Source: Pseudobdellovibrionaceae bacterium (GTDB lineage: Bacteria; Bdellovibrionota; Bdellovibrionia; Bdellovibrionales; Bdellovibrionaceae). From it: DNA of 64,000 bases. Made by a program: the position numbers and the translations under genes. Positions 42,123-52,089 of this stretch are shown here, piece by piece. The notes under the pieces were generated by a model. That model saw nothing but the letters and a program-made list of their open reading frames with translations, was not told the DNA's origin and ran no database searches. The DNA lies in the NCBI GenBank assembly GCA_043757515.1, contig JAYVPD010000012.1, forward strand, positions 1,658 through 65,657, in the 5' to 3' direction. How positions within the stretch are numbered: the stretch's first letter is position 1; the number at the start of each line of letters is the position of its first letter.

Positions 42123-44224
42123 TATTTTTTTCCTTTTTGTCCTAGACATTGAATATAGGCAATTAAAGCTACGATTTCCTTTTTTTCCATTCCAGCAGGC
42201 ACGCCGTTAGCTTCTAGGTCTTTGGCAATTTCAAGCGCTTGTTTTTGAGCAACAATATCCGCATTTGCAACGGTGTCGTCATCATATGGGACGCCTAAAT
42301 ACCGCATCACAGATAGTTCTTTTCGCAGAGGCAAAAAATCCATCGAGTGTTCGATCAGCCAAGGATAGTTGGGCATAATACTTTTTTGCGTCATGCTTCG
42401 GGGGTCTATCATGTGATTGTAGTGCCACAGATTATTATATTTTTTTCCAACACGAGCTAAATCAGGCCCTGTTCTTTTGGATCCCCATTGAAAGGGTCGA
42501 TCATACATGGATTCTTCAATCGTTGACGCTTTTCCATAGCGTAAAACATCAGCAGGTATTTGTCGAATCTGCTGAGAATGGCAAAGGTAGCAGCCTTCAC
42601 GAATATAAAGTCCACGCCCCGCTAATTCCAAAGGGGTGTAAGGTTCAGTCGCATCGTTCGGACTGATATAGCGATTAAGAGACAAGGTTGGGTAGATTTC
42701 AATTATCGAACCAACTGCGATGGCTAAAAAAGCAAGAACTGAAAATGTAAAACCAAGGCCTTCTAGCTTTCTATGTGGGTCTTCATTTTTTTCATCAAAG
42801 CCAGTTCTTGATACTTCCACGCCGCTGTCTTGCACCGTTTTAGGCGCCAGTTGAATTGTTTTATAGACGTTGTAAATCATCAGCATAAAACCGACGATAA
42901 AAAGAAATCCGCCTCCTGCCCGAACCCAGTAAAGGGGAACAATTTTAGAAACAGTTTCTACAAAATCGGGGTACGACAGTTTGCCGTTTGGCTCGACCGC
43001 CAGCCACATCAGACCCTGAGTAATGCCCGCTGTGAGCATCGACGTGTAATAGAGCACAACGCCGGTTAGCGCGATCCAAAAATGCTGCTGCATTAGTTTT
43101 TCACTGTACATCTTAGTGTTCCAGAGTTTTGGAATCAGGTAGTAAAACATACCAAAAATAAGCATACCATTCCAGCCAAGAGCACCGCCATGAACGTGCC
43201 CAATGATCCAATCTGTGTAGTGGCCAAGGGCGCTTACACTTTTTATGGACAACAAGGGGCCTTCGAAAGTCGCCATTCCATAAAATGTTAAGGCGGCAAT
43301 AAAAAATCGAATAATTGGATCGGACCGCAGCCTTTGCCAAGCCCCTTTGATTGTCAAAAGGCCATTGATCATGCCGCCCCAACTGGGGGCCCAAAGCATA
43401 ACTGAAAAAACCATTCCCAGAGTTTGCGCCCAATCAGGTAAAGACGTGTAAAGCAAATGATGAGGACCCGCCCAAATATAAATAAATACCAACGCCCAAA
43501 AATGAATGATGGAAAGGCGATAGGAATAAACTGGCCTACTAGCAGCTTTTGGAACAAAATAGTACATCAAACCAAGGAAGGGAGTCGTTAAAAAGAAAGC
43601 AACGGCATTGTGTCCATACCACCACTGAACTAGCGCATCCTGAATTCCTGAATAAACAGGAAAACTTTTAAACGCAGCGACTGGGATTTCGATGGAATTA
43701 ACAATATGCAAAACGGCGACTGTTATGATTGTGGCGATATAAAACCAAATCGCCACATACATGTGTTTTTCGCGTCGATTTTTAATCGCACCAAAAAAAT
43801 TGACAGCAAAAACAACCCAAATCAGTGTGATAGCGATGTCAATAGGCCATTCCAGTTCGGCGTATTCTTTTGATTGAGTGTAACCCAGGGGTAAGGTAAT
43901 AGCGGCAGAGACTATAATAAGTTGCCAGCCCCAAAAATGGATTTTTGAAAGAGTATCTGAAAGCATTCGGGTTTTAAGCAACCGTTGTGTTGAATAATAA
44001 ATCCCGGCAAAAATAGCATTTCCTGCAAATGCAAAGATAGCGGCGTTGGTATGCAAGGGTCGCAAGCGACCGAAAGTAATCCATTCTAAATTAAAATTCA
44101 TAGGCCAGTAGGCCAGTTGCAAAGCGATGACTAATCCAAATAGAAAGGCAGCGCCTCCCCAAATTAGTGTGGCTAGCACAAACTTTTTAACGATCTCGTC
44201 GTCATATTTTATAAATTCTTTCAT
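42122..44224 (-). CDS. ccoNO: fused cbb3-type cytochrome c oxidase subunits I and II
   Basis: 700 aa. About 12 TM helices of haem-copper oxidase type (HVHGGALGWNG, HFWALVFIYIWAGPHH), followed by a CcoO part with LYIREGCYLCHSQQIR. Confidence 0.9.
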   Translation of the reverse strand: MKEFIKYDDEIVKKFVLATLIWGGAAFLFGLVIALQLAYWPMNFNLEWITFGRLRPLHTNAAIFAFAGNAIFAGIYYSTQRLLKTRMLSDTLSKIHFWGWQLIIVSAAITLPLGYTQSKEYAELEWPIDIAITLIWVVFAVNFFGAIKNRREKHMYVAIWFYIATIITVAVLHIVNSIEIPVAAFKSFPVYSGIQDALVQWWYGHNAVAFFLTTPFLGLMYYFVPKAASRPVYSYRLSIIHFWALVFIYIWAGPHHLLYTSLPDWAQTLGMVFSVMLWAPSWGGMINGLLTIKGAWQRLRSDPIIRFFIAALTFYGMATFEGPLLSIKSVSALGHYTDWIIGHVHGGALGWNGMLIFGMFYYLIPKLWNTKMYSEKLMQQHFWIALTGVVLYYTSMLTAGITQGLMWLAVEPNGKLSYPDFVETVSKIVPLYWVRAGGGFLFIVGFMLMIYNVYKTIQLAPKTVQDSGVEVSRTGFDEKNEDPHRKLEGLGFTFSVLAFLAIAVGSIIEIYPTLSLNRYISPNDATEPYTPLELAGRGLYIREGCYLCHSQQIRQIPADVLRYGKASTIEESMYDRPFQWGSKRTGPDLARVGKKYNNLWHYNHMIDPRSMTQKSIMPNYPWLIEHSMDFLPLRKELSVMRYLGVPYDDDTVANADIVAQKQALEIAKDLEANGVPAGMEKKEIVALIAYIQCLGQKGKK

Positions 44225-44379
44225 TTTTGAACCCTTTCATGGTCATCATTTTCAAGTATTCGATGGGCGGGAGTTTCGGTGTCTTCAAATTGCCCGTTGT
44301 CGGCAGCCCACATAAAGGCCCCAACGAAACCGAAACCAAGAATCAGTGCCAAGGGAATCATGAGAATAAGAATATTCAT
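44221..44379 (-). CDS. ccoS: cbb3 oxidase maturation protein CcoS/FixS (not in the ORF track, 52 aa)
   Basis: Own translation: MNILILMIPLALILGFGFVGAFMWAADNGQFEDTETPAHRILENDDHERVQK*. ATGA overlaps occur at both ends. Confidence 0.75.
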   Translation of the reverse strand: MNILILMIPLALILGFGFVGAFMWAADNGQFEDTETPAHRILENDDHERVQK

Positions 44380-46643
44380 CGAAGCCCCCAAAGCGTGGAA
44401 AAAATAATGAGTACAGAACTAATTGGCATTAAGATCGCGGCTAACCAGGGACTCACATAGCCAGACAACGCTAAAACCGCGCCGGTCAGATTGTAAATTA
44501 AGGAAAACCCAAGATTTCGTGTCAAAACGTGCTTGGCTTTTTTAGAAAGCTCAAACAAATCGATTAATGAAGTTAAACCGCCGCGGGTAAAGCAAACATC
44601 AGCTGCGTGCAAATTAATGTAGGTACTTCCTTTAACAGCAATGCCTATATCCGCAACAGCCAGCGACGGCGAATCATTTGTACCATCTCCAATCATGCAT
44701 GTATTTTTGAAAGACTGGACAATTTCAGATTTTTTATTTGAACTTAGGTTTCCAAAAGACTGGACTAAGGGAATCCCCGTGATAAAAGCAATTCTATCGA
44801 CGCGACTTTTTGAATCGCCAGAAACGATAAAGCAATTAAGTCCACTTTTTTGCAACGTTTGAATACAGTGTGCTGATTCCTCTCTTAAGGAGTTTTCAAA
44901 GTTCAAGGTGGCGATAGTTTGACCGTTTCTTTTTAAATCAATTTCCAGTCCATAACTTTCAGTTTGGTTCACAGCAGTTGCCAATTCATAATTTTCTGTT
45001 CCTAAAACGCCACTCACCCCGAAACCGGCGGTTTCACAACATCCCGTTAAGACTGCAGGCTCAGATTTCGACCATATTTTACGCAGGGCAAAGGCAATCG
45101 GATGATAGGAATGAGTCTCTAGTCCTAAAATAATGGATTTTGTTTTGTCAGTGAGGAATTTGGGTTTCGATGAAACTAGTTGCAAATCCGTTTCTGTCAA
45201 GGTGCCTGTTTTATCGAAAAAAATATTTTTGAGACTAAGTAATTTTTCGAACACGTCCGCATTTTTTACAAGGATTCCTTTTTCCTGGGCTTTTTTTACA
45301 GCTAATGCAATTGCCAATGGCGATCCCAATGCCAGTGCGCACGGGCAGGCTAGGACCAGGAGGGCAAGTGATCTATTGAAAGCCTCTTGAGGATCGTGAT
45401 TGAAATAGAAGATAAAAAACAGAATAGCGACGGCAAATACGGTTAGAATTAAAATATGGGCCGTTCGATCGGTCAGAGTGATGAATTTGGATTTGCTCCA
45501 TAGGCCTTCATTGAGTTGTTTCAGCGTATTTGCTAAATGGGAATTGGACGCCCGATTTTTGGCCCTTAGATAGACTATCGGACTGATAATTTTGGAACCG
45601 GCTTGAATTTCCATGCCCATTTCAAATTTTCTTGGCATGGGTTCGCCATTCAAGACAGAGACATCGACCAGCGCAGATTTATTTTCAATGTGCCCATCAA
45701 CGGGAACTATTTGTCCTTGAACAAGCTTTATCAGATCGCCCGAATTAACTTCAGACAATGGTATTTTAGTTTCAGTCAATCCATCGATCCTTAAAAATGA
45801 GTCACTGACCATAATGTCTTCTAGCTCTAGCGAAGTTAAATATTTTTGCTGAATTTTTTTAAGTAAATACCGAGAACTCAATATAAGAAAAATAAAACTA
45901 GCCGTAGAATCAAAATAGATCGCATCGTTTCCTCGAATTAAATTAATGGTTGAAAGAAAAAAACCAGTCAGCATGGCTACTGTAATAGGCAGATCAATAC
46001 TGATCATCCGCATTTTTAAACTTGACCAGGCACCCTTGTAGAACGAAGTACTCGAATAGAAAATTATAGGAAGAAACAAAAGAAAACTCATCCAATTGAA
46101 AGCGAGTTTCCATGGTCCTAGTAAACCAGAATAAACTGGAATAACAAATAACATGATATTTCCGGCACAGGCTCCTGCTACGGCAAGTTTTTTTAAAGCG
46201 GTTTTATTTTCCCTTTCTTGAATGCCTTTAATTTCCTGGGATGCTTTTAAAAACTGACCCGCATACCCCAGTGCTGACAAAGTGGTCATGCATTTTGTTA
46301 GTGAGAATCCATTTTTAACTTTAAGGTAGAGTTTAGACTGGCTAAAATCCACTCGAGCGATTTCAACCTCTGAATCATAGTAAGGCAACTTTTCAATAAG
46401 ATGCACACAGGCTGAGCAATGTAGACCTTCAACATAAAGCTGATAGTCAAACGAGCCTAAGTTTAATTTATACAACATTTTAAAATTAGGCTGATCCAAA
46501 TAGCTTAATTCTGGAATGGGAACTTTGTATTGAAAATTTCCGTCTAGAGTTTCGCACCCTAAACAGCAATATTTGGATCCAGCCGCAGGGGAGCCACAAA
46601 ATTTGCAATTTGAATGGGCCAAAGCCTCGGCCAAGATTTTCAT
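44376..46643 (-). CDS. ccoI: copper-translocating P1B-type ATPase CcoI/FixI
   Basis: 755 aa. N-terminal Cys clusters, HMA-like HCSACV, CPC motif (ACPCALALG), DKTGTLT, GDGTNDSPSL. Confidence 0.9.
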   Translation of the reverse strand: MKILAEALAHSNCKFCGSPAAGSKYCCLGCETLDGNFQYKVPIPELSYLDQPNFKMLYKLNLGSFDYQLYVEGLHCSACVHLIEKLPYYDSEVEIARVDFSQSKLYLKVKNGFSLTKCMTTLSALGYAGQFLKASQEIKGIQERENKTALKKLAVAGACAGNIMLFVIPVYSGLLGPWKLAFNWMSFLLFLPIIFYSSTSFYKGAWSSLKMRMISIDLPITVAMLTGFFLSTINLIRGNDAIYFDSTASFIFLILSSRYLLKKIQQKYLTSLELEDIMVSDSFLRIDGLTETKIPLSEVNSGDLIKLVQGQIVPVDGHIENKSALVDVSVLNGEPMPRKFEMGMEIQAGSKIISPIVYLRAKNRASNSHLANTLKQLNEGLWSKSKFITLTDRTAHILILTVFAVAILFFIFYFNHDPQEAFNRSLALLVLACPCALALGSPLAIALAVKKAQEKGILVKNADVFEKLLSLKNIFFDKTGTLTETDLQLVSSKPKFLTDKTKSIILGLETHSYHPIAFALRKIWSKSEPAVLTGCCETAGFGVSGVLGTENYELATAVNQTESYGLEIDLKRNGQTIATLNFENSLREESAHCIQTLQKSGLNCFIVSGDSKSRVDRIAFITGIPLVQSFGNLSSNKKSEIVQSFKNTCMIGDGTNDSPSLAVADIGIAVKGSTYINLHAADVCFTRGGLTSLIDLFELSKKAKHVLTRNLGFSLIYNLTGAVLALSGYVSPWLAAILMPISSVLIIFSTLWGLR

Positions 46644-46912
46644 GATGCAAAATCTTATTCCAAAATGACAGCCAGACCTCAGATGAAAAATAGGCTGGAA
46701 TGGGTTCTAATTTTGGGACAATTTGTCACTATGTTTGGACGAGTTTCGACATTTTGTCCGCATCGTTGAGAAATGCTTGGTTTTAAACTTTGCAAAGTTG
46801 AAAGGCGTGTTAAGAATTCGGGAGAATGACTTTTCTCAAATTGAGATTCTGTTCTTTTTTGATACGAGACTTTTTTCTTCAAAAAATCTAGAATGTTGCC
46901 GATAAAGGTCAA

Positions 46913-49900
46913 GTGGGACTAAACACAAAATTAATTTATTTTGTTAAATCTATTCTGTTTTTAGGATTTAGCATTTTGTTTTTAAACGCCTGTGGATTAA
47001 ATACTCCGGCAGTCAGCGATCTATCTTCAAGTTCGAAAAATACCGGAGCCCCCGACACGTCTAATCTTTTACAAATTAAGGTCACAGATAGCAATGGCAG
47101 TCTTTTCAAAGACCCGTCAGTTCCACTAACTGTAGGTACGAAGCTTACTTTGAAAGCCGCATTGTTTAATCTCAGTGGTGATTTTGTAAAAGAAGAAAGT
47201 GTTTTCTGGTCTATAAAAACTCTTTCTGGTGGATTAAATTCGGGTCTCAGTTGCATAGCCATACCGTCGACGACCTGCGATTTTACTCCACTTCAAGCCG
47301 GTGTGGTCATTTTAGAAGCGTCTTACATTGGCACTGATAAAACAGTCATTGGACTGAACGCTTCGTCGCCTCCCATTATGGTGACGTCACTTAGTGTCCC
47401 GTCCACAATGACCATTCAAAGCGGTGACAATCAACTGGTTGTGGCGAATTCAGATAGTACGAGTCCATTAGCTGTTATTGCTAAGGATAGTTTTGGTCAA
47501 CCGGTCACAGGAGTCACAGTGAGTTTCACAGTGACTGCGGGCGGCGGCTCCGTAAACTCAGCAACGGCCATTACAGACACAAATGGAATTGCCCGGTCTA
47601 TTTTTCATAGCTCTACTTTAGCGGGCAGCCTAAATAATACAATTGTAGCACAAGTCGTTGCTAATCCAGCGTTGATCCAAACACTGCATGCCTCAACGAT
47701 CGCTGGTGGGGCAGACCATTTATCTTATCTAGTGCAGCCAGCGGGAAGTTATTCTTTAGTGGCGCTTAATTCTCAGCCCGTTGTTCAGCTTCGCGATCTC
47801 TATGATAACGTAGTCTCTAGTAATGCCAATGTTGTATTGACCAGACAAGCAGGTACAGGAGCGTTGGGCGGAACCACAACACTTCCGATGATTAACGGCA
47901 CCGCTTCGTTTTCTAATGTGACTTATTCAGTTGCAGAAACAGGAATTGTGCTTCGAGCAACCAGCGGTGCGCTGGGTGTAAACTCGGTTCCATTTATTGT
48001 GGCGACCTCGGGCGGCGCTGTAGATCGCGATCCCGATGATGTCATTTTTAAATTTTCCGTTTCTTATGTTGGCGGTGCGCCGGGCCGAACTTCTTCAAAT
48101 AGTGTTACCATCGCAGGAATTGCCGTTCCAATCGATATCACTCTCAGCGGAGCTGGCAATCCAAAACTCATTCTAAATGGTGGTGCTGAAGTGGCCTCAT
48201 TAACCGGAGTCGGTGTCGGAGCGCAGATCGCTGTGGCGGTGGATGCACCAACGATTTTAGGAAATAAAAATACGGTTACAGTTTATATGGGCACTCGAAT
48301 TGAAACCTGGGAACTTGGCTATGCGGACTCTACAAAAATAGCACCCGTATTTGTTACAAGTACAAATTATGCTGGAAATTTTGGCGGCGTTAGTAGCGCC
48401 GATACAGCCTGCCAAACCGTTGCGACGAATGCTGGCCTCGGTGGAAATTGGATGGCCATGGTTGCGACCGCTACTTCGGCATCAGTTCGCACTCGCATTC
48501 CTTGGAATTATGGTCAGGTTCGCAGGCTGGACGGTGTGATTGTCGCAAATGATTTCAACGATCTTTGGGATGGCGTTTGGGCTTTTCCGATAAATGTAAC
48601 TGAAAATCAAGCTGTTAAAAATTCAGACGTGTGGTGGGGAAATACCATTTTCGGTGAAGGATATGTTGGCGCCCCAAGCGCAGACTGCGGTACCTGGACG
48701 TCCAATTCAGGCGGTGCTACAAGTACAGTGATGGCTTCGGCCTCGACGACATTAGCTGTTAATAATTCAAAAGCCTGTTCAAGCACGTTAGCCTTTTTTT
48801 GTATGGGCGATACGTCTGGTGCCGCGGACACGGATCCAACTGATGTTGATTTCTTGGCAGACGTTTCGTACGTTGCAAGCGCAAGAAAAGTTTCAAATAT
48901 AATTACTATTACAGGCATCACAGCCAGCATTCCTGTTTCTATTGCTGGAAGCAGCGGGACTCCGCAGATCAAAATAAATGGTGGCGCAGAAGTGTCCTCG
49001 GGAACAGCCTCGCTGGGTGATACGATTCAATTAGTGATGGATGCGCCAAGTAGTTTGGGTACAAAAAATACAGCTACCGTTACGATGGGCAGCGACGTGC
49101 GCACGTGGTGGGTTGGGTACGCTGACAACACAAAAACGGCGCGGGTATTTGTTTCTGATTATAAATATCCAGGGGGATCTTTTGGTGGCTCATCAGGAAT
49201 GGACAGTCGTTGTCAAACGATGGCCGGCAATGCTGGCTATGCGGGAACGTGGAAAGCATTAATCGGTGATAGTAGCAATGGCGGTGGACCGCGTAACCGA
49301 ATGAACTATAATTGGGGAAATTTACTTCGAATTGACGGCGCGGTTGTCGCAACTTCTTGGTCAGATTTGTGGGATGGGTCGATTGCGAATTCAATTTCTG
49401 TAGATGAATTTGCAAACACACAAAATGGATCTGCCTGGACAGGTTCAACAAGTCAGGGTGCCTTGGATGTCAACGGCATAGGAACCTGTTCAAATTGGTC
49501 CGTAAGATCAGCGTTTGCACGAGGGGGCTCGACGGCCTCGACTTCTTCAACTTGGATAAATAATGCATCGTTAGATTGTAACGATGGTGGCGGCTATTAT
49601 TTTTATTGTGTCGAAGATGTACCAGCAGTCGATACTCTTCCTACGGCTTTAAATTTCCCAGTAGAAGTTTCCTACGTAAGCGGAGTCGGTGGTCGCACAG
49701 GATCGGTAACACAAACTATTCGTGGAATAAGCCAAGCGGTTTCTGTCTCGATTTCGGCAACCGGCGGAAATGCTACTTTTAAAATAAATGGCGGCGCGGA
49801 AGTGACATCGGGCACAGTGCAATGGGGTGATACTGTAAAAATATTTATGGATTCTCCTACAGTTTTTGGAACCAAGTATACGGCCACTTTAACTGTGGGC

Positions 49901-52072
49901 AGTGGTGTCTACACTTGGTCTTTGGGTTATGCAGATTCATCTATTACAGCTCGAATTTTTGTTGCCGACACAGCGTTAGCTCCGAGTAGCTTGGGTGGAC
50001 TTTCAGGTGCTGATTCCAAATGCCAAGCGATGGCGACGACTGCAAGCTATTCTGGAACTTGGAAAGCATTACTTGCAACTACTACTTTTGGCGGCCCAAG
50101 AAATCGTATGAATTTTAATTGGGGTACTCTTAAGCGAATCGACGGGGCTGTCGTAGCTACATCATGGTCGGATTTGTGGGATGGAACTATTGCTAATAGT
50201 ATTAATCGTGATGAAAATGGAAATTTAATTAGTACGGGCTGGGTAATTACTGGTTCCGATGCTTTAGGAAATTTAGATTCCACTTCGGGAATCACAACGT
50301 GCAATGATTGGTCTACAAACAATTCATCTGTTGTGTATCGTATGGGATCCGTGGGGTCGACATCTGGAACCTGGCTGTTCAATGCGATGTCTTATTGCGA
50401 TGCCAGTATTTACGCCTACTACTATTGCTATGAGGACACAGTGGTTGCCGATACAGATCCAGGAAATTTATATTTTCCAATGGAAGTTTCCAACACGGCC
50501 GGTGTTCCAGGACGCAAAACGTCGTCGACTGTTTCTATAAAAGGAATTAACCAAGCGGTTTCAGTTACAGTCAGCGGTGCTAGCGGTAATCCGGCGATAA
50601 AAATAAATGGCGGGGCCGAAGTGGCTTCTGGCACAGTGAATTGGGGCGACACTGTTCAAGTTGTCATGGATGCGCCAAGTGTTTTTGGTACTAAATATAC
50701 GGCTACTATCAATATTGGCAGCGGGTCCTACACTTGGAATCTGGCCTATGCGGACAGCACCATTACTGCTAAAGTTTTTGTCACCTCGGGATTATACACT
50801 GGAAATTTAAATGGAAGCGGCGGACCAAATGGGATTTGCCAAACAACTGCGACTGCAGCAGGGTATTCGGGAACGTGGAAAGCTATTTTTTCAACATCCT
50901 CGTCGAAAATTCGTGAAACAGCGCCTTTCAATTGGGGTACTTTGGCCCGAGTCGATGGAGTCGCTGCTGCGACTAATTGGTCTGATCTTTGGGATGGAAG
51001 CCTTACTAACCCAATTACCAAAGACGAAAATGGTGCGAGTACAACGGGTTATGCATGGACCGGCAGTGCCAGCAATGGTTCGGCGACAGCGCTCAATTGT
51101 AACGATTGGGGATCGTCGAGCTCAGCAATACTGGGTCGTTATGGCCAGATAACAAGCAATTCTAATTGGATTTCGTTTTCGGATTATGATTGCGTCAATT
51201 ACGCATCCCACTTGTATTGCATTGAAGACACAGTTTCAAATGATCTCACTCCGTATAACTTTTTTGTCCCTTATAAGCTTTATCAAAATACCAGCACACG
51301 AATTTCATCCGTAGCTGTGCCCGTAACAGGAATCACGGCAGCGGCAGCGGTTACGATTTCAGGAGCAAGCGGTAATCCAGCCTTTAAAATTAACGGAGGC
51401 GCCGAGGTGACATCAGGAAATGTGAACAATGGGGATACAATTACACTAGTTATGGATAGCCCAGGCACATTTAATCAAAGTAATAAAATGACCGTGCAAA
51501 TTGGGAATGGTGCGGCCACTCCATGGCGTGTATGGACCGGCGATGGCTCAAGCGGAATACAGAAGCGTATTTTCGTAACGTCGACAACCTATTTGGGAAA
51601 TATTGGCGGAATCGCCGCCGTCGATGCTCTTTGCCAAGCCCGCGGAAATTCTAATGCCGGCTTAGCTGGAAAAACCTGGAAAGCATTGGTTTCTGGTCCA
51701 AGCACCTCCGAAGTCGATTGGGCCATAAATCACATTGGCTACAACTGGGCCGAGTTATGGACGATAAATCCTGACGGTTCATTGCGAAATAAAGTTTTAA
51801 ATGGATCACAAATTTGGAATACGCCAATCAGTTTGGTAAATACTGTCAATTACACAGAAGCAGGCGCTGTTGCTACAGCTACAACAATGGCCTGGACAGG
51901 CACTAATCAATATGGATTTGGAAATAGCACAAGTGCGTGTAATACCTGGACATTCGGATCCTATCAACAGACATCGACTCGAGGCAATCGAGCTAGTCCC
52001 GGCGACAATTGGGTCAACGATAGTGCCGCTGGTTGTGATAATCCCAGCATTTTATACTGTATAGAACAATAG
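46913..52072 (+). CDS. giant surface lipoprotein: Ig-like (Big) domains + five tandem [Ig-like + endostatin/DUF1554-like 4-Cys] modules
   Basis: 1719 aa with a GTG start. Signal plus FLNAC. aa ~150-370 are invasin/Big_1-like (TIQSGDNQ...VTFTVTAGGG). Five ~265-275-aa repeats follow, each ending ...YC(V/I/Y)E(D/Q). Confidence 0.85.
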   Translation: MGLNTKLIYFVKSILFLGFSILFLNACGLNTPAVSDLSSSSKNTGAPDTSNLLQIKVTDSNGSLFKDPSVPLTVGTKLTLKAALFNLSGDFVKEESVFWSIKTLSGGLNSGLSCIAIPSTTCDFTPLQAGVVILEASYIGTDKTVIGLNASSPPIMVTSLSVPSTMTIQSGDNQLVVANSDSTSPLAVIAKDSFGQPVTGVTVSFTVTAGGGSVNSATAITDTNGIARSIFHSSTLAGSLNNTIVAQVVANPALIQTLHASTIAGGADHLSYLVQPAGSYSLVALNSQPVVQLRDLYDNVVSSNANVVLTRQAGTGALGGTTTLPMINGTASFSNVTYSVAETGIVLRATSGALGVNSVPFIVATSGGAVDRDPDDVIFKFSVSYVGGAPGRTSSNSVTIAGIAVPIDITLSGAGNPKLILNGGAEVASLTGVGVGAQIAVAVDAPTILGNKNTVTVYMGTRIETWELGYADSTKIAPVFVTSTNYAGNFGGVSSADTACQTVATNAGLGGNWMAMVATATSASVRTRIPWNYGQVRRLDGVIVANDFNDLWDGVWAFPINVTENQAVKNSDVWWGNTIFGEGYVGAPSADCGTWTSNSGGATSTVMASASTTLAVNNSKACSSTLAFFCMGDTSGAADTDPTDVDFLADVSYVASARKVSNIITITGITASIPVSIAGSSGTPQIKINGGAEVSSGTASLGDTIQLVMDAPSSLGTKNTATVTMGSDVRTWWVGYADNTKTARVFVSDYKYPGGSFGGSSGMDSRCQTMAGNAGYAGTWKALIGDSSNGGGPRNRMNYNWGNLLRIDGAVVATSWSDLWDGSIANSISVDEFANTQNGSAWTGSTSQGALDVNGIGTCSNWSVRSAFARGGSTASTSSTWINNASLDCNDGGGYYFYCVEDVPAVDTLPTALNFPVEVSYVSGVGGRTGSVTQTIRGISQAVSVSISATGGNATFKINGGAEVTSGTVQWGDTVKIFMDSPTVFGTKYTATLTVGSGVYTWSLGYADSSITARIFVADTALAPSSLGGLSGADSKCQAMATTASYSGTWKALLATTTFGGPRNRMNFNWGTLKRIDGAVVATSWSDLWDGTIANSINRDENGNLISTGWVITGSDALGNLDSTSGITTCNDWSTNNSSVVYRMGSVGSTSGTWLFNAMSYCDASIYAYYYCYEDTVVADTDPGNLYFPMEVSNTAGVPGRKTSSTVSIKGINQAVSVTVSGASGNPAIKINGGAEVASGTVNWGDTVQVVMDAPSVFGTKYTATINIGSGSYTWNLAYADSTITAKVFVTSGLYTGNLNGSGGPNGICQTTATAAGYSGTWKAIFSTSSSKIRETAPFNWGTLARVDGVAAATNWSDLWDGSLTNPITKDENGASTTGYAWTGSASNGSATALNCNDWGSSSSAILGRYGQITSNSNWISFSDYDCVNYASHLYCIEDTVSNDLTPYNFFVPYKLYQNTSTRISSVAVPVTGITAAAAVTISGASGNPAFKINGGAEVTSGNVNNGDTITLVMDSPGTFNQSNKMTVQIGNGAATPWRVWTGDGSSGIQKRIFVTSTTYLGNIGGIAAVDALCQARGNSNAGLAGKTWKALVSGPSTSEVDWAINHIGYNWAELWTINPDGSLRNKVLNGSQIWNTPISLVNTVNYTEAGAVATATTMAWTGTNQYGFGNSTSACNTWTFGSYQQTSTRGNRASPGDNWVNDSAAGCDNPSILYCIEQ
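48023..52069 (+). repeat. five tandem coding repeats of 792-828 bp inside the giant gene
   Basis: The module starts are read from the sequence: 48023 (DRDPDD), 48827 (DTDPTD), 49631 (DTLPTA), 50450 (DTDPGN) and 51242 (DLTPYN). Shared motifs: KINGGAEV.SG, (Y/W).GYAD, (I/V)FV(T/A)S, GTWKA, WSDLWDG. Confidence 0.85.
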
Positions 52073-52089
52073 TCTTACTGAGTGCATTT

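Noticed and set aside
46779-46797. Sigma-54-like TGG...TTGC (CTTGGTTTTAAACTTTGCA) upstream of the giant gene
   Set aside because: The GG-to-GC spacing is 11 nt instead of the strict 10, and the -24 element lacks the CAC.
46936-51468. Multiple antisense and off-frame ORFs (61-123 aa) inside the giant lipoprotein gene
   Set aside because: They are shadow ORFs of a repetitive coding region with no start context. The sense frame is continuous for 1719 codons and has clear domain structure.
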